Part shown: piece by piece, positions 25,731 to 37,590 of the stretch
How positions within the stretch are numbered: position 1 is the stretch's first letter
How the letters are laid out: each line of letters starts with the position of its first letter
Origin: Eledone cirrhosa
Taxonomy: Eukaryota
Direction of reading: 5' to 3'
Assembly (NCBI GenBank): GCA_964016885.1
Contig: OZ024740.1
Location: forward strand, 431,458,001 to 431,522,000
Length of the DNA: 64,000 nt
Made by a program: the position numbers and the translations under genes
The notes under the pieces: generated by a model
The model's input: only the letters and a program-made list of their open reading frames with translations
Told to the model about the DNA's origin: nothing
Databases searched by the model: none

Positions 25731-28700
25731 GTTAAAGACATCCCAGGAGTAGGTTGTGGTGTTGAACTCTGTTAAAGACATCCTAGAAGTAGGTTGTGTT
25801 ATTGAATTCTGTTAAAGACATCCCAGGAGTAGGTTGTGGTATTGAACTCTGTTAAAGACATCCAAGGAGTAGCTTGTGGTGTTGAACTCTGTTAAAGACA
25901 TCCCAGAAGTAGGTTGTGGTATTGAACTCTGTTAAAAACATCCCAGAAGTAGGTTGTGGTATTGAACTCTGTTAAAGACATCACAGGAGTAGGTTGTGGT
26001 GTTGAACTCTGTTAAAGACATCCCAGGAGTAGGTTGTGGTATTGAACTCTGTGAACGACATCCCAGGACCAGGTTGTGGTGATGAACTCTGTTAAAGAGA
26101 TCCCAGAAGTAGGTTGTGGTGTTGAACTCTGTTAAAGACATCCCAGGAGTAGGTTGTGGTGTTGAACCTTGTTAAAGAGATCCCAGCAGTAGGTTGTGGT
26201 GTTGAACTCTGTTAAAGACATCCCAGAAGTAGGTTGTGGTGTTGAACTCTGTTAAAGACATCCCAGAAGTAGGTTGTGGTATTGAACTCTGTTAAAGACA
26301 TCCCAGGAGTAGGTTGAGGTGTTGAACTCTGTTAAAGACATCCCAGGAGTAGGTTGTAGTATTGAACTCTGTTAAAGACATCCCAGGAGTAGGTTGTGGT
26401 GTTGAACTCTGTTAAAGACATCCCAGGAGTAGGTTGTGGTGTTGAACTCTGTTAAAGACTTCCCAGAAGTAGGTTGTTGTATTGAACTCTGTTAAAGACA
26501 TCCCAGAAGTAGGTTGTGGTGCTGAACTCTGTTATAGACATCCCAGAAGTAGGTTGTGGTGTTGAACTCTGTTATAGACATCCCAGAAGTAGGTTGTGGT
26601 GTTGAACTCTGTTAAAGACATCCCAGAAGTAGGTTGTGGTATTGAACTCTGTTAAAGACATCTCAGGAGTAGGTTGTGGTGTTGAACTCTGTTAAAGACA
26701 TTCGAGAGGTAGGTTGTGGTGTTGAACTTTGTTAAAGAAGTCCCAGAAGTAGGTTGGGGTATTGAACTCTGTTAAAGACATCCCAGCAGTAGGTTGTGGT
26801 ATTGAACTCTGTTAAAGACATCCCAGAAGTAGGTTGTGGTGTTGAACTCTCTTAAAGACATCCCAAAAATAGGTTGTGGTGTTGAACTCTGTTAAAGACA
26901 TCCCAGAAGTAGGTTGTAGTGTTGAACTCTGTTAAAGACATCCCAAGAGTAGGTTGTGGTCTTGAACTTTGTTAAAGTGATCCCAGAAGTAGGCTGTGGT
27001 GTTGAACTTTGTTAAAGACATGTCAGGAGTAGGTTGTGGTGGTAAACTCTGTTAAAGACATCCCAGGAGTAGGTTGTGGTATTGAACTCTGTTAAAGACA
27101 TCCCAGGAGTAGGTTGTGGTGTTGAACTCTGTTAAAGACATCCCAGAAGTAGGTTGTGGTGTTGATCTGTGTTAAAGATATCCCAGGAGTAGGTTGTGAT
27201 GTTGAACTCTGTTAAAGACATCCCAGAAGTAGGATGTGGTGTTGAACTCTGTTAAAGACACCCCAGAAGTAGGTTGTGGTGTTGAACTCTGTTAAAGACA
27301 TCCCAGGAGTAGGCTGTGGTGTTGAACTTTGTTAAAGACATCCCAGGAGTAGGTTATGGTATTGAACTCTGTTAAAGACATCCCAGGAGTAGGTTGTGGT
27401 GTTGAACTCTGTTAAAGACATCCTAGAAGTAGGTTGTGGTCTTGAACTCTGTTAAAGACATCCTAGAAGTAGGTTGAGGTCTTGAACTCTGTTAAAGACA
27501 TCCTAGAAGTAGGTTGTGGTGTTGAACTCTGTTAAAGACATCCCAGAAGTAGGTTGTGGTATTGAACTCTGTTAAAGACATCTCAGGAGTAGGTTGTGGT
27601 GTTGAACTCTGTTAAAGACATCCCAAAAGTAGGTTGTGGTGTTGAACTCTGTTAAAGACATCCCACGAGTAGGTTGTGGTGTTGAACTCTGTTAAAGACA
27701 TCCCAGGAGTAGGTTGTGGTGTTGAACTCTGTTAAAGTTATCTCAGAAGTAGGTTGTGGTATTGAACTCTGTTAAAGACATCTCAGGAGTAGGTTGTGGT
27801 GTTGAACTCTGTTAAAGACATTCCAAAAGTAGGTTGTGGTATTGAACTCTGTTAAAGACATCCCAGAAGTAGGTTGTGGTATTGAACTCTGTTAAAGACA
27901 TCTCAGGAGTAGGTTGTGGTGTTGAACTCTGTTAAAGACATCCCAGGAGTAGGCTATGGTGTTGAACTTTGTTAAAGACATCCCAGGAGTAGGTTGTGGT
28001 ATTGAACTCTGTTAAAGACATCCCTAAGTTAGGTTGTGGTGTTGAACTCTGTTAAAGACATCTCAGGTGTAAGTTGTGGAGTTGAACTCTGTTAAAAACA
28101 TCCCCGGAGTAGGTTGTGGTATTGAACTCTGTTAAAGACATCCCAGGAGTAGGTTGTCGTGTTGAACTCTGTTAAAGACATCCTAGAAGTAGGTTGTGGT
28201 CTTGAACTCTGTTAAAGACATCCTAGAAGTAGGTTGTGGTGTCAAACTCTGTTAAAGACATCCCAGAAGTAGGTTGTGGTATTGAACTCTGTTAAAGACA
28301 TCTCAGGAGTAGGTTGTGGTCTTGAACTCCGTTAAAGACATCCCAGAAGTAGGTTGTGGTATTGAACTCTGTTAAAGACATCCCAGGAGTAGGTTGTGGT
28401 GTTGAACTCTGTTAAAGACATCCTAGAAGTAGGTTGTGGTGTTGAACTCTGTTAAAGACATCCTAGAAGTAGGTTGTGGTGTTGAACTCCGTTAAAGACA
28501 TCCCAGAAGTAGGTTGTGGTATTGAACTCTGTTAAAGACATCTCAGGAGTAGGTTGTGGTGTTGAACTCTGTTAAAGACATCCCAAAAGTAGGTTGTGGT
28601 GTTGAACTCTGTTAAAGACATCCCAGAAGTAGTTTGTGGTGTTGAAGTCTGTTAAAGACATCCCAGGCGTAGGTTGTGGTGTTGAACTCTGTTAAAGACA

Positions 28701-31700
28701 TCTCAGAAGTAGGTCGTGGTATTGAACTCTTATTATAGACATCCTACGAGTAGGTTGTGGTGTTGAACTCTGTTAAAGACATCCCAGGAGTAGGTTGTGG
28801 TGTTGAACTCTGTTAAAGACATCCCAGGAGTAGGTTGTGGTATTGAACTCTATTAAAGACATCCTAGAAGTAGGTTGTGTTATTGAACTCTGTTAAAGAC
28901 ATCGCAGGAGTAGGTTGTGGTATTGAACTCTGTTAAAGACATCCCATTAGTAGGTTGTGGTGTTGAACTCTGTTAAAGACATCCCAGAAGTAGGTTGTGG
29001 TGTTGAACTCTGTTAAAGACATCCCAGAAGTAGGTTGTGGAGTAGAACTCTGTTAAAGACATCCCAGGAGTAGGTTGTGGTGTTGAACTCTGTTAAAGAC
29101 ATCCTAGAAGTAGGTTGTGTTATTGAATTCTGTTAAAGACATCCCAGGAGTAGGTTGTGGTATTGAACTCTGTTAAAGACATCCAAGGAGTAGCTTGTGG
29201 TGTTGAACTCTGTTAAAGACATCCCAGAAGTAGGTTGTGGTATTGAACTCTGTTAAAGACATCCCAGAAGTAGGTTGTGGTATTGAACTCTGTTAAAGAC
29301 ATCACAGGAGTAGGTTGTGGTGTTGAACTCTGTTAAAGACATCCCAGGAGTAGGTTGTGGTATTGAACTCTGTGAACGACATCCCAGGACCAGGTTGTGG
29401 TGATGAACTCTGTTAAAGAGATCCCAGAAGTAGGTTGTGGTGTTGAACTCTGTTAAAGACATCCCAGGAGTAGGTTGTGGTGTTGAACCTTGTTAAAGAG
29501 ATCCCAGCAGTAGGTTGTGGTGTTGAACTCTGTTAAAGACATCCCAGAAGTAGGTTGTGGTGTTGAACTCTGTTAAAGACATCCCAGAAGTAGGTTGTGG
29601 TATTGAACTCTGTTAAAGACATCCCAGGAGTAGGTTGAGGTGTTGAACTCTGTTAAAGACATCCCAGGAGTAGGTTGTAGTATTGAACTCTGTTAAAGAC
29701 ATCCCAGGAGTAGGTTGTGGTGTTGAACTCTGTTAAAGACATCCCAGGAGTAGGTTGTGGTGTTGAACTCTGTTAAAGACTTCCCAGAAGTTGGTTGTTG
29801 TATTGAACTCTGTTAAAGACATCCCAGAAGTAGGTTGTGGTGCTGAACTCTGTTATAGACATCCCAGAAGTAGGTTGTGGTGTTGAACTCTGTTATAGAC
29901 ATCCCAGAAGTAGGTTGTGGTGTTGAACTCTGTTAAAGACATCCCAGAAGTAGGCTGTGGTATTGAACTCTGTTAAAGACATCCCAGGAGTAGGTTGAGG
30001 TGTTGAACTCTGTTAAAGACATCCCAGGAGTAGGTTGTAGTATTGAACTCTGTTAAAGACATCCCAGTAGTAGGTTGTGGTGTTGAACTCTGTTAAAGAC
30101 ATCCCAGGAGTAGGTTGTGGTGTTGAACTCTGTTAAAGACTTCCCAGAAGTAGGTTGTTGTATTGAACTCTGTTAAAGACATCCCAGAAGTAGGTTGTGG
30201 TGCTGAACTCTGTTATAGACATCCCAGAAGTAGGTTGTGGTGTTGAACTCTGTTAAAGACATCCTAGAAGTAGGTTGTGGTGTTGAACTCCGTTAAAGAC
30301 ATCCCAGAAGTAGGTTGTGGTATTGAACTCTGTTAAAGACATCTCAGGAGTAGGTTGTGGTGTTGAACTCTGTTAAAGACATCCCAAAAGTAGGTTGTGG
30401 TGTTGAACTCTGTTAAAGACATCCCAGAAGTAGTTTGTGGTGTTGAAGTCTGTTAAAGACATCCCAGGCGTAGGTTGTGGTGTTGAACTCTGTTAAAGAC
30501 ATCTCAGAAGTAGGTCGTGGTATTGAACTCTTATTATAGACATCCTACGAGTAGGTTGTGGTGTTGAACTCTGTTAAAGACATCCCAGGAGTAGGTTGTG
30601 GTGTTGAACTCTGTTAAAGACATCCCAGGAGTAGGTTGTGGTATTGAACTCTGTTAAAGACATCACAGGAGTAGGTTGTGGTGTTGAACCCTGTTAAAGA
30701 CATCCTAGAAGTAGGTTGTGGTGTTGAACTCTGTTAAAGACATCCTAGAAGTAGGTTGTGGTGTTGAACTCCGTTAAAGACATCCCAGAAGTAGGTTGTG
30801 GTATTGAACTCTGTTAAAGACATCTCAGGAGTAGGTTGTGGTGTTGAACTCTGTTAAAGACATCCCAAAAGTAGGTTGTGGTGTTGAACTCTGTTAAAGA
30901 CATCCCAGAAGTAGTTTGTGGTGTTGAAGTCTGTTAAAGACATCCCAGGCGTAGGTTGTGGTGTTGAACTCTGTTAAAGACATCTCAGAAGTAGGTCGTG
31001 GTATTGAACTCTTATTATAGACATCCTACGAGTAGGTTGTGGTGTTGAACTCTGTTAAAGACATCCCAGGAGTAGGTTGTGGTGTTGAACTCTGTTAAAG
31101 ACATCCCAGGAGTAGGTTGTGGTATTGAACTCTATTAAAGACATCCTAGAAGTAGGTTGTGTTATTGAACTCTGTTAAAGACATCGCAGGAGTAGGTTGT
31201 GGTATTGAACTCTGTTAAAGACATCCCATTAGTAGGTTGTGGTGTTGAACTCTGTTAAAGACATCCCAGAAGTAGGTTGTGGTGTTAAACTCTGTTAAAG
31301 ACATCCCAGAAGTAGGTTGTGGAGTAGAACTCTGTTAAAGACATCCCAGGAGTAGGTTGTGGTGTTGAACTCTGTTAAAGACATCCTAGAAGTAGGTTGT
31401 GTTATTGAATTCTGTTAAAGACATCCCAGGAGTAGGTTGTGGTATTGAACTCTGTTAAAGACATCCAAGGAGTAGCTTGTGGTGTTGAACTCTGTTAAAG
31501 ACATCCCAGAAGTCGGTTGTGGTATTGAACTCTGTTAAAGACATCCCAGAAGTAGGTTGTGGTATTGAACTCTGTTAAAGACATCACAGGAGTAGGTTGT
31601 GGTGTTGAACTCTGTTAAAGACATCCCAGGAGTAGGTTGTGGTATTGAACTCTGTGAACGACATCCCAGGACCAGGTTGTGGTGATGAACTCTGTTAAAG

Positions 31701-34700
31701 AGATCCCAGAAGTAGGTTGTGGTGTTGAACTCTGTTAAAGACATCCCAGGAGTAGGTTGTGGTGTTGAACCTTGTTAAAGACATCCCAGAAGTAGGTTGT
31801 GGTGTTGAACTCTGTTAAAGACATCCCAGAAGTAGGTTGTGGTATTGAACTCTGTTAAAGACATCCCAGGAGTAGGTTGAGGTGTTGAACTCTGTTAAAG
31901 ACATCCCAGGAGTAGGTTGTAGTATTGAACTCTGTTAAAGACATCCCAGGAGTAGGTTGTGGTGTTGAACTCTGTTAAAGACATCCCAGGAGTAGGTTGT
32001 GGTGTTGAACTCTGTTAAAGACTTCCCAGAAGTAGGTTGTTGTATTGAACTCTGTTAAAGACATCCCAGAAGTAGGTTGTGGTGCTGAACTCTGTTATAG
32101 ACATCCCAGAAGTAGGTTGTGGTGTTGAACTCTGTTATAGACATCCCAGAAGTAGGTTGTGGTGTTGAACTCTGTTAAAGACATCCCAGAAGTAGGTTGT
32201 GGTATTGAACTCTGTTAAAGACATCCCAGGAGTAGGTTGAGGTGTTGAACTCTGTTAAAGACATCCCAGGAGTAGGTTGTAGTATTGAACTCTGTTAAAG
32301 ACATCCCAGGAGTAGGTTGTGGTGTTGAACTCTGTTAAAGACATCCCAGGAGTAGGTTGTGGTGTTGAACTCTGTTAAAGACTTCCCAGAAGTAGGTTGT
32401 TGTATTGAACTCTGTTAAAGACATCCCAGAAGTAGGTTGTGGTGCTGAACTCTGTTATAGACATCCCAGAAGTAGGTTGTGGTGTTGAACTCTGTTAAAG
32501 ACATCCTAGAAGTAGGTTGTGGTGTTGAACTCCGTTAAAGACATCCCAGAAGTAGGTTGTGGTATTGAACTCTGTTAAAGACATCTCAGGAGTAGGTTGT
32601 GGTGTTGAACTCTGTTAAAGACATCCCAAAAGTAGGTTGTGGTGTTGAACTCTGTTAAAGACATCCCAGAAGTAGTTTGTGGTGTTGAAGTCTGTTAAAG
32701 ACATCCCAGGCGTAGGTTGTGGTGTTGAACTCTGTTAAAGACATCTCAGAAGTAGGTTGTGGTATTGAACTCTTATTATAGACATCCTACGAGTAGGTTG
32801 TGGTGTTGAACTCTGTTAAAGACATCCCAGGAGTAGGTTGTGGTGTTGAACTCTGTTAAAGACATCCCAGGAGTAGGTTGTGGTATTGAACTCTATTAAA
32901 GACATCCTAGAAGTAGGTTGTGTTATTGAACTCTGTTAAAGACATCGCAGGAGTAGGTTGTGGTATTGAACTCTGTTAAAGACATCCCATTAGTAGGTTG
33001 TGGTGTTGAACTCTGTTAAAGACATCCCAGAAGTAGGTTGTGGTGTTGAACTCTGTTAAAGACATCCCAGAAGTAGGTTGTGGAGTAGAACTCTGTTAAA
33101 GACATCCCAGGAGTAGGTTGTGGTGTTGAACTCTGTTAAAGACATCCTAGAAGTAGGTTGTGTTATTGAATTCTGTTAAAGACATCCCAGGAGTAGGTTG
33201 TGGTATTGAACTCTGTTAAAGACATCCAAGGAGTAGCTTGTGGTGTTGAACTCTGTTAAAGACATCCCAGAAGTAGGTTGTGGTATTGAACTCTGTTAAA
33301 GACATCCCAGAAGTAGGTTGTGGTATTGAACTCTGTTAAAGACATCACAGGAGTAGGTTGTGGTGTTGAACTCTGTTAAAGACATCCCAGGAGTAGGTTG
33401 TGGTATTGAACTCTGTGAACGACATCCCAGGACCAGGCTGTGGTGATGAACTCTGTTAAAGAGATCCCAGAAGTAGGTTGTGGTGTTGAACTCTGTTAAA
33501 GACATCCCAGGAGTAGGTTGTGGTGTTGAACCTTGTTAAAGAGATCCCAGCAGTAGGTTGTGGTGTTGAACTCTGTTAAAGATATCCCAGAAGTAGGTTG
33601 TGGTGTTGAACTCTGTTAAAGACATCCCAGAAGTAGGTTGTGGTATTGAACTCTGTTAAAGACATCCCAGGAGTAGGTTGAGGTGTTGAACTCTGTTAAA
33701 GACATCCCAGGAGTAGGTTGTAGTATTGAACTCTGTTAAAGACATCCCAGGAGTAGGTTGTGGTGTTGAACTCTGTTAAAGACATCCCAGGAGTAGGTTG
33801 TGGTGTTGAACTCTGTTAAAGACTTCCCAGAAGTAGGTTGTTGTATTGAACTCTGTTAAAGACATCCCAGAAGTAGGTTGTGGTGCTGAACTCTGTTATA
33901 GACATCCCAGAAGTAGGTTGTGGTGTTGAACTCTGTTATAGACATCCCAGAAGTAGGTTGTGGTGTTGAACTCTGTTAAAGACATCCCAGAAGTAGGTTG
34001 TGGTATTGAACTCTGTTAAAGACATCTCAGGAGTAGGTTGTGGTGTTGAACTCTGTTAAAGACATTCGAGAGGTAGGTTGTGGTGTTGAACTTTGTTAAA
34101 GAAGTCCCAGAAGTAGGTTGGGGTATTGAACTCTGTTAAAGACATCCCAGCAGTAGGTTGTGGTATTGAACTCTGTTAAAGACATCCCAGAAGTAGGTTG
34201 TGGTGTTGAACTCTCTTAAAGACATCCCAAAAATAGGTTGTGGTGTTGAACTCTGTTAAAGACATCCCAGAAGTAGGTTGTAGTGTTGAACTCTGTTAAA
34301 GACATCCCAAGAGTAGGTTGTGGTCTTGAACTTTGTTAAAGTGATCCCAGAAGTAGGCTGTGGTGTTGAACTTTGTTAAAGACATGTCAGGAGTAGGTTG
34401 TGGTGGTAAACTCTGTTAAAGACATCCCAGGAGTAGGTTGTGGTATTGAACTCTGTTAAAGACATCCCAGGAGTAGGTTGTGGTGTTGAACTCTGTTAAA
34501 GACATCCCAGAAGTAGGTTGTGGTGTTGAACTGTGTTAAAGATATCCCAGGAGTAGGTTGTGATGTTGAACTCTGTTAAAGATATCCCAGAAGTAGGATG
34601 TGGTGTTGAACTCTGTTAAAGACACCCCAGAAGTAGGTTGTGGTGTTGAACTCTGTTAAAGACATCCCAGGAGTAGGCTGTGGTGTTGAACTTTGTTAAA

Positions 34701-35690
34701 GACATCCCAGGAGTAGGTTATGGTATTGAACTCTGTTAAAGACATCCCAGGAGTAGGTTGTGGTGTTGAACTCTGTTAAAGACATCCTAGAAGTAGGTTG
34801 TGGTCTTGAACTCTGTTAAAGACATCCTAGAAGTAGGTTGAGGTCTTGAACTCTGTTAAAGACATCCTAGAAGTAGGTTGTGGTGTTGAACTCCGTTAAA
34901 GACATCCCAGAAGTAGGTTGTGGTATTGAACTCTGTTAAAGACATCTCAGGAGTAGGTTGTGGTGTTGAACTCTGTTAAAGACATCCCAAAAGTAGGTTG
35001 TGGTGTTGAACTCTGTTAAAGACATCCTACGAGTAGGTTGTGGTGTTGAACTCTGTTAAAGACATCCCAGGAGTAGGTTGTGGTGTTGAACTCTGTTAAA
35101 GTTATCTCAGAAGTAGGTTGTGGTATTGAACTCTGTTAAAGACATCTCAGGAGTAGGTTGTGGTGTTGAACTCTGTTAAAGACATCCCAAAAGTAGGTTG
35201 TGGTATTGAACTCTGTTAAAGACATCCCAGAAGTAGGTTGTGGTATTGAACTCTGTTAAAGACATCTCAGGAGTAGGTTGTGGTGTTGAACTCTGTTAAA
35301 GATATCCCAGGAGTAGGCTATGGTGTTGAACTTTGTTAAAGACATCCCAGGAGTAGGTTGTGGTATTGAACTCTGTTAAAGACATCCCTAAGTTAGGTTG
35401 TGGTGTTGAACTCTGTTAAAGACATCTCAGGTGTAAGTTGTGGAGTTGAACTCTGTTAAAAACATCCCCGGAGTAGGTTGTGGTATTGAACTCTGTTAAA
35501 GACATCCCAGGAGTAGGTTGTCGTGTTGAACTCTGTTAAAGACATCCTAGAAGTAGGTTGTGGTCTTGAACTCTGTTAAAGACATCCTAGAAGTAGGTTG
35601 TGGTGTCAAACTCTGTTAAAGACATCCCAGAAGTAGGTTGTGGTATTGAACTCTGTTAAAGACATCTCAGGAGTAGGTTGTGGTGTTGAA
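25731..35690. repeat. Non-adjacent duplicated block of about 2.6 kb (about 25731-28320 and 33095-35690), offset 7364 bp
   Basis: The same ordered rare monomers occur in both: GAAGTCCC (26737/34101), CCCAAAAATAGG, ATGTCAGG, GGTGGTAAAC, CCCTAAGTTAGG, GTGTCAAAC. ORF pair 25932/33296 is offset by 7364. Confidence 0.85.
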
Positions 35691-37590
35691 CTCTGTTAAA
35701 GACATACGAGAGGTAGGTTGTAGTGTTGAACTTTGTTAAAGAAATCCCAGAAGTAGGTTGTGGTATTGAACTCTGTTAAAGACATCCCAGAAGTAGGTTG
35801 TGGTATTGAACTCTGTTAAAGACATCTCAGGAGTAGGTTGTGGTGTTGAACTCAGTTAAAGACATCCGAGAGGTAGGTTGTGGTGTTGAACTTTGTTAAA
35901 GACATCCCAGAAGTAGGTTGTGGTGTTGAACTCTGTTAAAGACATCCCAGAAGTAGGTTGTGGTGTTGAACTCTGTTAAAGACATCCGAAAAGTCGGTTG
36001 TGGTGTTGAACTTCGTTAAGGTGATCCCAGGAGTAGGTTGTGGTGTTGAACTCTGTTAAAGACATCCCAGAAGTAGGTTGTGGTGTTGAACTGTGTTAAA
36101 GATATCCCAGGAGTAGGTTGTGATGTTGAACTCTGTTAAAGATATCCCAGAAGTAGGATGTGGTGTTGAACTCTGTTAAAGACACCCCAGAAGTAGGTTG
36201 TGGTGTTGAACTCTGTTAAAGACATCCCAGGAGTAGGCTGTGGTGTTGAACTTTGTTAAAGACATCCCAGGAGTAGGTTATGGTATTGAACTCTGTTAAA
36301 GACATCCCAGGAGTAGGTTGTGGTGTTGAACTCTGTTAAAGACATCCTAGAAGTAGGTTGTGGTCTTGAACTCTGTTAAAGACATCCTAGAAGTAGGTTG
36401 AGGTCTTGAACTCTGTTAAAGACATCCTAGAAGTAGGTTGTGGTGTTGAACTCCGTTAAAGACATCCCAGAAGTAGGTTGTGGTATTGAACTCTGTTAAA
36501 GACATCTCAGGAGTAGGTTGTGGTGTTGAACTCTGTTAAAGACATCCCAAAAGTAGGTTGTGGTGTTGAACTCTGTTAAAGACATCCTACGAGTAGGTTG
36601 TGGTGTTGAACTCTGTTAAAGACATCCCAGGAGTAGGTTGTGGTGTTGAACTCTGTTAAAGTTATCTCAGAAGTAGGTTGTGGTATTGAACTCTGTTAAA
36701 GACATCTCAGGAGTAGGTTGTGGTGTTGAACTCTGTTAAAGACATCCCAAAAGTAGGTTGTGGTATTGAACTCTGTTAAAGACATCCCAGAAGTAGGTTG
36801 TGGTATTGAACTCTGTTAAAGACATCTCAGGAGTAGGTTGTGGTGTTGAACTCTGTTAAAGATATCCCAGGAGTAGGCTATGGTGTTGAACTTTGTTAAA
36901 GACATCCCAGGAGTAGGTTGTGGTATTGAACTCTGTTAAAGACATCCCTAAGTTAGGTTGTGGTGTTGAACTCTGTTAAAGACATCTCAGGTGTAAGTTG
37001 TGGAGTTGAACTCTGTTAAAAACATCCCCGGAGTAGGTTGTGGTATTGAACTCTGTTAAAGACATCCCAGGAGTAGGTTGTCGTGTTGAACTCTGTTAAA
37101 GACATCCTAGAAGTAGGTTGTGGTCTTGAACTCTGTTAAAGACATCCTAGAAGTAGGTTGTGGTGTCAAACTCTGTTAAAGACATCCCAGAAGTAGGTTG
37201 TGGTATTGAACTCTGTTAAAGACATCTCAGGAGTAGGTTGTGGTGTTGAACTCTGTTAAAGACATACGAGAGGTAGGTTGTAGTGTTGAAATTTGTTAAA
37301 GAAATCCCAGAAGTAGGTTGTGGTATTGAACTCTGTTAAAGACATCCCAGAAGTAGGTTGTGGTATTGAACTCTGTTAAAGACATCTCAGGAGTAGGTTG
37401 TGGTGTTGAACTCAGTTAAAGACATCCGAGAGGTAGGTTGTGGTGTTGAACTTTGTTAAAGACATCCCAGAAGTAGGTTGTGGTGTTGAACTCTGTTAAA
37501 GACATCCCAGAAGTAGGTTGTGGTGTTGAACTCTGTTAAAGACATCCGAAAAGTCGGTTGTGGTGTTGAACTTCGTTAAGGTGATCCCAG
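34471..37590. repeat. Tandem segmental duplication, period 1560 bp (exactly 39 monomers)
   Basis: CTGTGTTAAAGATATC at 34531/36091, GACATACGAG at 35701/37261, GACATCCGAAAAGTCGG at 35981/37541. Confidence 0.92.
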
